12,453 bases of DNA from Nitrososphaerales archaeon (GCA_035625455.1 DASPPO010000036.1:1-12453), one strand, 5' to 3'. Positions 1-5,680 are shown, counted from the stretch's first letter. The notes: generated from the sequence alone by a model not told the origin. Made by a program: numbers and translations.

Positions 1-1023
1 GTGGGCGCCGGCATGATTTCTGCCCTCCCCCAGCCCCTTTCCAATTTTCTGAGCTTCCTTGTGGTGGGGGCGGGCGGGGACTCGGCCGAGTTGCTGAGGT
101 TCTTCGACCTCCACGTGATTGTATTGCCGGCAATACTCCTCGTCCTTCTCGTCGTCAAGATGTACATGCTGGAGGCACACGGAATATCCGAACCAGTCAC
201 CGGGAATGATGGTTCAGAGAAGGGCAGGAAGCTGATTCCAATATTCCCCAACGTCACGTTCTACCTGGCCGAGTTGGCGACGCTCTTTGGGGCGGCGATG
301 ATGCTCTTCTCCGTCCTCTTCCCTCTCGTGCTCCAGCCGGCGTACTCGGCGACGGCGGCATCGCAGTATACCCACCAGCAGCCCGACTGGTACTTCCTTT
401 GGATTTACCAGCTCCTGAAGATATCAGCGTTTGAGAGCGCAGGGCTCCCTGTCGCCCTGACGGCTGTGACTTTGATTTTCATACTGCTCCTCCTGCTCCC
501 CTTCCTGGACAGGGGAAAGGTCAGGAGGGTAAGCCAGAGGCCGTTCTACGTGACCGTGGGTCTGGTGCTGGTGGCCGAGATCATCGTGCTGACCATCTGG
601 GGGTATCTCACCCCAGGAGAGGTGATCCCTGACGAGCAGGCGGCCCTGGTGCTCGGAGGGACGGCGATGGCGGTGGTGGTCATCACACTGCTGTCGTATC
701 GCCTTGTGCTCGGGAGACTCGTCGGGAAGTTGGACACCATTTCCCAGCAGGGGTCCGCTATACGCTCCTCCGGTGTCTGGACGGCTGCTGCGTTCTCCTT
801 CCTTCTCGGGCTCGGGGCCTTGGCGATGGGATCGGCGGCCAACACCCTCACGGGACTGGTATCTACCGGGGGCGCATTGGGGTCCTGGGCGTACCTCGCG
901 GGCGCTTCGGGGGTCCTGGCCGCGGCGATGGGGGCGACGGCATACCTTCTGTACAGAGTGGACTTGGGGACCGGCGCCGTAAGGAGGAGGATAAGGGCGT
1001 TCGAAGTGGGGTGGAGAGAGTGA
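1..1023 (+). CDS. Cytochrome b of a Rieske/cytochrome bc-type complex, 5'-truncated by the window edge (helix D onward, plus the subunit-IV-like C-terminal half and extra C-terminal TM helices)
   Basis: The frame is open from nt 1. The first residues (GAGMISALPQP) align with the mid-protein WGATVITNLLSAIP block of canonical cytochrome b, so the GTG at nt 1 is probably internal. Contains the helix-D block RFFDLHVIVLP and the Qo-site signature PDWYFLWIYQLLK (PEWYF motif). Many hydrophobic helices. Stop TGA at 1021-1023. Confidence 0.85.
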   Translation: MGAGMISALPQPLSNFLSFLVVGAGGDSAELLRFFDLHVIVLPAILLVLLVVKMYMLEAHGISEPVTGNDGSEKGRKLIPIFPNVTFYLAELATLFGAAMMLFSVLFPLVLQPAYSATAASQYTHQQPDWYFLWIYQLLKISAFESAGLPVALTAVTLIFILLLLLPFLDRGKVRRVSQRPFYVTVGLVLVAEIIVLTIWGYLTPGEVIPDEQAALVLGGTAMAVVVITLLSYRLVLGRLVGKLDTISQQGSAIRSSGVWTAAAFSFLLGLGALAMGSAANTLTGLVSTGGALGSWAYLAGASGVLAAAMGATAYLLYRVDLGTGAVRRRIRAFEVGWRE

Positions 1024-1295
1024 GCACTAGAAACGACTGGGGGAGCACCAAGATTTTCGTGCTACTGCTGCTCGCCGTGCAGGTGGTCGCAGTGGTGTTC
1101 GCCTGGCTGCTCAACCCGCTGGGCGCGAAGAGCGAAACAGAGTACGCCCTGCTGCTGGCCGTCGACCTCGTGGCGTTCGCGCTCATTTCCTATGTAGGGA
1201 GGTTGGGGGGAACGGGCAAGGATCCGAGGGGAGGTTATGTCCTGGCGGGTTCGGCTGTAGTGCTCTTCCTCATGTTTCTTGTACTGCTGGCTTGA
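1011..1295 (+). CDS. Small hypothetical membrane protein (about 91-94 aa, three predicted TM helices)
   Basis: ORF starting at GTG 1011 or GTG 1020; the latter forms a GTGA overlap with the cytochrome b stop. Three hydrophobic segments: IFVLLLLAVQVVAVVFAWLL, YALLLAVDLVAFALISYV, YVLAGSAVVLFLMFLVLLA. No family recognised. Confidence 0.5.
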   Translation: MERVSTRNDWGSTKIFVLLLLAVQVVAVVFAWLLNPLGAKSETEYALLLAVDLVAFALISYVGRLGGTGKDPRGGYVLAGSAVVLFLMFLVLLA

Positions 1296-1441
1296 GTCAT
1301 CCGACAGCATGAGCAAGTCGTCCAACGCCATTGTCGCGAACAGGGTTCGCCCCATTTTCCATGTGTAGCCCTCATCGGTGCCTTGTAAGCGCCCGACCGA
1401 GGGTTCCAATCTGTAAGCCCGGCCATGTCGGTTCGGTCCTT

Positions 1442-1579
1442 CATGTGACTCTTGGGTGCCGCACGAAGGTGTTTTGCAAAGGACTGCCTACCCGTGGGTG
1501 GTGCAAAACCAGGCCAGCCCAGGTTTGAACTCCGTTTGGTGAAATGGGACCGATTTCCAAAGCTGTTTAGAGTCACATG
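1442..1579. repeat. Nested inverted-repeat unit (138 bp) in a convergent intergenic spacer; candidate structured RNA or MITE-like relic
   Basis: Perfect 11-bp inverted repeat CATGTGACTCT (1442-1452) / AGAGTCACATG (1569-1579). It encloses a perfect 8-bp inverted repeat GTTTTGCA (1471-1478) / TGCAAAAC (1502-1509). It also encloses a 9-bp hairpin with a 2-nt bulge, TTTGG-tg-AAAT / ATTT-CCAAA (1535-1561). No flanking target-site duplication is visible. Confidence 0.4.
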
Positions 1580-1589
1580 CCAGAAACTC

Positions 1590-1604
1590 GATGCTTAGAG
1601 CATC
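1590..1604 (-). terminator. Small hairpin overlapping the stop codon of the HTH_10 gene; possible terminator
   Basis: GATGCT-tag-AGCATC (6-bp arms, 3-nt loop). On the minus-strand transcript it is followed by GAGTTTCTGG (short T-run). Weak evidence only. Confidence 0.25.
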
Positions 1605-2250
1605 AATTCCTTCTCTCGCGATGTGTCTTCCTCTCTAGGTAATCATGCACTATCTTCCTCTGCCCTCTTCGAAGAATTTCTGCGAGAGTCGACTCCTTCA
1701 CGCCAGTCCTCAACGCCAGGCCCTTTAGGCCAATCCTCTTCGGAAAGTCCAGGTAGCCGGTCTCGAAGGCGATTGAAAGTATCTCTTCCTGGCGGCTGGT
1801 TAGCAGTTCGCTTTCATGCAGTTCTTTAAGGAGCCTCAGGTGGTATGTAATCTCTGATTTTTCCAGACCTTCCACGAGCTCCTTGTACGAATCCTTCCCC
1901 CCGAGAACGGTCCAGTGAGGCTGGCCCTGGGTTCCGATTACAAGGGAGGAGAGGAAGCACTTTGACTTCGCCACCTGTTTACAGACAGTGCATCGCTTGG
2001 ACGAAACCGAGCCATATACGTGCCCGGCTTTGGATCTCATAAAATCCACGTCGATCACGTCTCTGTCACCCTGAATCATTCTCATCAAATCCTCCATGCT
2101 GCCTGGGTCGACCTGGAGTTCGAAAAGATGCTCGACGATACCCCCCGCCAGGATTTTCGAATCAAGAATTTCAATGGACGCGCCATAACGCTCAGCGGCG
2201 AGCCTTATCCATTTGTGGGGCTGTGGGCACTCAAGAACGGCCTCTATCAC
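1603..2250 (-). CDS. HTH_10 (bacterio-opsin-activator-type) archaeal transcription regulator with a four-cysteine N-terminal domain
   Basis: 215 aa, GTG start at 2250. The C-terminal block LTSRQEEILSIAFETGYLDFPKRIGLKGLALRTGVKESTLAEILRRGQRKI is the classic HTH_10 motif. The N-terminal domain has C8 and C87-x2-C90-x7-C98. Confidence 0.85.
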   Translation of the reverse strand: MIEAVLECPQPHKWIRLAAERYGASIEILDSKILAGGIVEHLFELQVDPGSMEDLMRMIQGDRDVIDVDFMRSKAGHVYGSVSSKRCTVCKQVAKSKCFLSSLVIGTQGQPHWTVLGGKDSYKELVEGLEKSEITYHLRLLKELHESELLTSRQEEILSIAFETGYLDFPKRIGLKGLALRTGVKESTLAEILRRGQRKIVHDYLERKTHRERRN

Positions 2251-2362
2251 GGACGACTGCCCGAATCGGTCTTATATCAAATGTGGACTGCTCTAGGGCC
2301 CTACATCCCTCAAATCTAAGGGCCAAGGCTTAACCAAATCGCGCTCTCAAGAGCCGGATAAG
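2251..2362. promoter_or_regulatory. Divergent promoter region between the regulator and the nirK-like operon, with a palindromic candidate operator
   Basis: TTATAT at 2272-2277 lies 22-27 nt upstream of the minus-strand GTG at 2250. The A/T-rich GCTTAACCAAAT at 2328-2339 lies about 24-35 nt upstream of ATG 2363. A perfect 10-bp palindrome TAGGGCCCTA sits at 2294-2303, with a related half-site TAAGGGCC at 2317-2324 just upstream of the second box. Confidence 0.4.
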
Positions 2363-3751
2363 ATGGGAATCTTAGGGCAAGAGAGAAGAGAAATTTCATC
2401 AGTCCAAGTGCTGACGATAATTGTGATTCTGGCGCTGGCGGCGGGGGGAATATCCTTCATAGACACCTCACAGACGATGAGCAGCCAGATTTCCAGCCTT
2501 CAGAGCGAGGTAAGCGCCCTGCAATCGAGAACTGTTTCGACCGTAGTGAGCCAGAGCAGTTCCCAGGCGCAGGCAGAAGCCCCTGTAATACCGACGACGA
2601 GGCACTTCAGCTTAATCGTCACTAACGCACCGGTAGAAATCGCAACGAACGTCACCTATGATGCGTGGACCTTCAATGGTACCGTTCCTGGCCCCACCAT
2701 CAGGGTCAACCAAGGTGATACGATTGATTTCACGTTGTACAACCCCACCTCTGCAGCTCATTCTATCGACTTCCACGCTGCCCAAGTCGACTGGTCCACG
2801 GACTATGCGACAGTCCCACCCGGCGGGTCCAAGACGTTCAACTTCACGGTAAACTACCCGGGAATCTTCATGTACCATTGTGGTACGGCCCCTGTTCTCG
2901 AGCACATCGCCAACGGTATGTTCGGCGCGATAATAGTGAACCCCCAGACGCCGCTCCCCGCCGCTACCGGGGGAGAATACGTCCTCGTTGAGAACGAGTG
3001 GTACCTGAACTCGCTGCCAGGCACAGACGGTCACTACTCGGGCAACCTCACCAAGATGCTCGCCGCTACGCCAGACTACGTGACGTTCAACGGCACGGCG
3101 TTTCAATTCCAGAAGTCACCACTTCTCGTCGAGCCGAACCAGTTAGTGAGGCTCTACATCCTCAATGTCGGGCCAAGTCTTTGGGAGGCATTCCACGTCA
3201 TCGGAGCACTGATGGACACGGTCTACATCGACGGGAACCCGTCGAATGTCGAGCACGGCCTCCAGACCCTCAATATCCCGCCTTCAGGAGGAGCTATCGT
3301 CGACATGTACTTCCCTGATGCAGGCGGGGAAAATCCGTTTGTCAACCATGCCTTCGCCTACGCATCCATTGGGGCGGTCGGGATCTTCAAGGTTGCTGCC
3401 GCGGGACAGTCCACGACCACCGGCACAACAGCTTCGACGCAGACCTCTAGCTCGACTCCCACTGGAAGCGTGGGTGTTGCGATCAACTCTGGGTCGGCTC
3501 TCAACACGACGTCCACCTACTTCTCCCCGTCGACGATAACCGTGGTCATTGGAGTGAACAGCACTGTCATCTGGACAAACGACGACAGCGCAGAACACAC
3601 GGTCACAGCCACAAACAACAGCTTCAACTCAGGGTACATACAGCCGGGCCAATCGTTCACCTACACCTTCACCACCCCAGGTACGTACACTTACTACTGT
3701 ACGATCCACCCGTGGATGAAAGGCACTGTCATAGTCAAGGCAGCTGGGTGA
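2363..3751 (+). CDS. nirK: Membrane-anchored NirK-type copper-containing nitrite reductase homologue (two cupredoxin domains) fused through a Ser/Thr linker to a C-terminal amicyanin-like cupredoxin domain
   Basis: 462 aa. NirK blocks present: H133-SID-F-H138-AA, Y-H172-C173-x7-H181-x4-M186, and FVNH329AFAYASIGAVGIFKV. N-terminal TM segment VQVLTIIVILALAAGGISF. Linker QSTTTGTTASTQTSSSTPTGS (nt 3407-3469). C-terminal domain carries H412 and YYC446-TI-H449-PW-M452. Eight N-x-S/T sequons. Confidence 0.85.
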   Translation: MGILGQERREISSVQVLTIIVILALAAGGISFIDTSQTMSSQISSLQSEVSALQSRTVSTVVSQSSSQAQAEAPVIPTTRHFSLIVTNAPVEIATNVTYDAWTFNGTVPGPTIRVNQGDTIDFTLYNPTSAAHSIDFHAAQVDWSTDYATVPPGGSKTFNFTVNYPGIFMYHCGTAPVLEHIANGMFGAIIVNPQTPLPAATGGEYVLVENEWYLNSLPGTDGHYSGNLTKMLAATPDYVTFNGTAFQFQKSPLLVEPNQLVRLYILNVGPSLWEAFHVIGALMDTVYIDGNPSNVEHGLQTLNIPPSGGAIVDMYFPDAGGENPFVNHAFAYASIGAVGIFKVAAAGQSTTTGTTASTQTSSSTPTGSVGVAINSGSALNTTSTYFSPSTITVVIGVNSTVIWTNDDSAEHTVTATNNSFNSGYIQPGQSFTYTFTTPGTYTYYCTIHPWMKGTVIVKAAG

Positions 3752-3755
3752 TGCC

Positions 3756-4223
3756 ATGCCAGATACCAACCCTCGTCCCGTGGACCAGGCTAGGCGCGAT
3801 GCCATAATCAAGATCCTCGGCGGCGCAGCGACTCTGGTGGCTTTGGCGGTGGGGGCCTATGCTCTCTCGTCCGGGTCCCCTTCGCCCCAGGATGCAAGTC
3901 AATCCTCCCTGTCCACGCGCTCGTCCACGGTTTCAGGGGCCTCTGGGGTGCTCGTTCAATCTGGCAGCGCAAGCGGGACTACAGTCCGAGTAGTCTATTT
4001 CGGGATGCCTCTGAATGTGACTGGTTCTAAGAAGGAGACCGTTACTCTGAGCAATCCTGCCTATCTATCAGACCTCAAGGCTCTGTTGGTTACGATGCAT
4101 CCAACTCTCAAAGATATGCTCCCCACGATGCTGTTCCTGGTCGATGGCGTTTCCGCAAATGGTAACCCGCGACTTCAGAACGATGTTGAGGTTGATATTT
4201 TAGCCCAGATTGCAGGCGGCTAG
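3756..4223 (+). CDS. MoaD/ThiS/SAMP-like ubiquitin-fold (beta-grasp) protein ending in Gly-Gly, with an N-terminal twin-arginine-containing signal/TM anchor and a Ser-rich stalk
   Basis: 155 aa; ATG lies 4 nt after the nirK-like stop. The N-terminus QARRDAIIKILGGAATLVALAVGAYA|L looks like a signal peptide or anchor. It is followed by a Ser-rich low-complexity stretch (aa about 37-75). Residues about 76-155 (VRVVYFG...LSDLKALL...LFLVDGV...LQNDVEVDILAQIAGG-stop) match the MoaD/ThiS pattern, including the terminal diglycine. Confidence 0.7.
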   Translation: MPDTNPRPVDQARRDAIIKILGGAATLVALAVGAYALSSGSPSPQDASQSSLSTRSSTVSGASGVLVQSGSASGTTVRVVYFGMPLNVTGSKKETVTLSNPAYLSDLKALLVTMHPTLKDMLPTMLFLVDGVSANGNPRLQNDVEVDILAQIAGG

Positions 4224-4232
4224 CTGGCGAAA

Positions 4233-4580
4233 TTGGAAGAGAAACACTTTGGACCTCCCAGGGGACTTATTCCCGGCCAGAAGGAGATCTTGTCCCTCTT
4301 GGTGGCATATCAAGAGGGATCAGTAGTCAGCCGGACGATCATCAACAAAAGAGAAGGAACCGTAACCATTTTCGCCTTCGACGAGGGTGAGGGCCTTAGC
4401 GAGCACACCGCCCCCTACGACGCACTCTTGCACATCCTCGAAGGGAGAGCCGAAATCACGATCTCAGGAAAAACGAGTTCTGTCGAACAGGGCGAGGCGA
4501 TTATACTCCCCGCGGGAAAACCCCACGTCGTGAGGGCTTTGAGCAGGTTCAAAATGTTGCTCACTATGGTAAGAACATAG
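4233..4580 (+). CDS. Cupin-domain protein (cupin_2-like, single domain)
   Basis: 115 aa from TTG 4233. Cupin core: GTVTIFAFDEGEGLSEHTAPYDALLHILEGRAEITISGKTSSVEQGEAIILPAGKPH. No signal peptide. Its stop TAG (4578-4580) overlaps the next gene's GTG by 1 nt. Confidence 0.8.
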   Translation: MEEKHFGPPRGLIPGQKEILSLLVAYQEGSVVSRTIINKREGTVTIFAFDEGEGLSEHTAPYDALLHILEGRAEITISGKTSSVEQGEAIILPAGKPHVVRALSRFKMLLTMVRT

Positions 4581-5044
4581 TGACGTCCATGTCCAATGCT
4601 CCAGGAGCGCCTCGGCGGCTGGCGTTTGCGGACCTGATTTCGGTGCTCATATCAGAGCATGCTGAAATTGAACGTAAGCTTACGGAGCTCAGAAGGTCCT
4701 CCGAGACCAAGGATTTCACGCGTTCTGAGGCAATCCTAAAGGACCTAGACAAGCTGTTTCGACAACACATAGCGGACGAAGAAGCACAGGTGCTTCGCTT
4801 CTTGATCGATGCCTATGGTGTGAAAGGAGCGGAGTCCGCAATCATGATTTTCCGTCAGCATCGACCCATCTACCGATTGATCCAGGAAGTGGGGAAACTC
4901 GCATCACTCCCACCTGGAGAGCTTGCTGTGAACGAAGCGAAACTGAGTGAACTGCTCACGGAACACACAGGAGCTGAGGAGACTCTCATCTTCCCAAAGG
5001 CGCTATCCACATTCAACACTAGATCGCGCATGCCGAGCCCCTGA
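4580..5044 (+). CDS. Hemerythrin-like (HHE cation-binding) four-helix-bundle protein
   Basis: 154 aa from GTG 4580 (alternative ATG at 4589). Repeated H-x3-E type motifs on predicted helices: SEHAEIE, RQHIADEE, RQHRPIY, TEHTGAEE. No signal peptide. Confidence 0.75.
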   Translation: MTSMSNAPGAPRRLAFADLISVLISEHAEIERKLTELRRSSETKDFTRSEAILKDLDKLFRQHIADEEAQVLRFLIDAYGVKGAESAIMIFRQHRPIYRLIQEVGKLASLPPGELAVNEAKLSELLTEHTGAEETLIFPKALSTFNTRSRMPSP

Positions 5045-5055
5045 ACCAGGTCAGT

Positions 5056-5118
5056 CCGAAATGGCGGTGCCGGCATCTACCCGCGGGGTCCGAAGTCTGT
5101 CAAGGGGCTCCATTTCGG
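5056..5118. terminator. Inverted repeat between convergent genes; possible bidirectional terminator structure
   Basis: Perfect 9-bp inverted repeat CCGAAATGG (5056-5064) / CCATTTCGG (5110-5118). An internal 8-bp palindrome CCCGCGGG sits at 5080-5087. The region lies between the hemerythrin-like stop (5044) and the 3' end of the minus-strand gene (5151). Confidence 0.25.
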
Positions 5119-5150
5119 TTGCTCCAATCCTGGCGGGTGTTGCGCAGTCA

Positions 5151-5651
5151 CTACCGCTGCGGCAGCCGCGCGGGTGATTTCTGGACGACTCCAATAATTA
5201 CGACTATGATTCCCGCTACAATGCAGAGGAATCCCAAAAGAACCAGCACGCCATACCTGACTATGCCAGAGTTGAGGGGGGTTGCGACAATAGTCGTGCT
5301 AGGCGGGGATGGAGCAAAGGAGACGTAAAAGTAGTCTCCTGTCAGGCGCGTGTACGTATCGCTTCCCGAGGCCGACGCGTTGATGGGGATAGCATAGGTG
5401 CCAATGTTCGTCGAGTTCACCAGGCCGAGATCTTGGGCGTGGATTACCCCACCATTTGCTGAGGGAGAAGTTATGACAAGTGCCGATGTCGTGTTTAGCA
5501 CTATCTCGGCGGAGACGTACTCGCCGGAATGGGGCTCGGTGAAAGATTTGCTTATCGTCAGCGTGTTGAGCGCTCCGATGACACCCACCGCTAGGAGGGC
5601 CAATCCGACGACAAGCACAACCACTCCAATCACCACCCTACGGGTTCTCAT
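5151..5651 (-). CDS. Hypothetical bitopic membrane protein (N- and C-terminal TM helices flanking a beta-rich, sequon-bearing external domain)
   Basis: 166 aa with an ATG start. N-terminal TM VVIGVVVLVVGLALLAVGVIGAL and C-terminal TM YGVLVLLGFLCIVAGIIVVIIGVV followed by a basic tail. N-x-S/T sequons at NTT, NST and NAS. No family recognised. Confidence 0.65.
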   Translation of the reverse strand: MRTRRVVIGVVVLVVGLALLAVGVIGALNTLTISKSFTEPHSGEYVSAEIVLNTTSALVITSPSANGGVIHAQDLGLVNSTNIGTYAIPINASASGSDTYTRLTGDYFYVSFAPSPPSTTIVATPLNSGIVRYGVLVLLGFLCIVAGIIVVIIGVVQKSPARLPQR

Positions 5652-5674
5652 GCCGAGAAGTTGGCCAAACTCTG

Positions 5675-5680
5675 CTTAAA
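5675..5680 (-). promoter_or_regulatory. TATA-like box for the 5151..5651 gene
   Basis: Minus-strand TTTAAG lies 24-29 nt upstream of the ATG at 5651, with no Shine-Dalgarno between. This is consistent with a leaderless transcript. Confidence 0.35.

Noticed and set aside
1-3. GTG at nt 1 as the true start of the cytochrome b gene (a split, subunit-IV-like gene)
   Set aside because: The first residues align with the middle of canonical cytochrome b, before helix D. Helices A-C and the first His pair must lie upstream, so the ORF is treated as truncated by the window.
1390-1545. tRNA-like T-loop strings (GGTTCCAATC near 1402, GGTTTGAACTCC near 1522)
   Set aside because: The flanking bases do not form a T-stem. 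I could not build an acceptor, D or anticodon arm on either strand. No tRNA is called.
546-1576. ORFs 546..851 (-), 704..982 (+), 863..1186 (-), 1235..1576 (-) and 1331..1528 (+)
   Set aside because: The first three overlap the cytochrome b gene or the small membrane gene in other frames. The last two lie in the convergent spacer and have no coding-like features beyond the possible integrase-like fragment, which is reported separately at low interest.
2612-3811. ORFs inside or antisense to the nirK-like gene (2612..3106 -, 2658..2852 +, 2998..3318 +, 3246..3539 +, 3284..3598 -, 3629..3811 -)
   Set aside because: The plus-strand frame starting at 2363 carries all the NirK and cupredoxin copper-ligand motifs. 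The others are Arg/Pro-rich shadow frames.
5151-5260. PGF-CTERM/archaeosortase-like C-terminus of the 5151..5651 protein (…LLGFLCIVAGIIVVIIGVVQKSPARLPQR)
   Set aside because: It only has LGF rather than PGF, no preceding Thr/Ser-rich linker right next to the motif, and a long tail. This is too weak to call a sorting signal.
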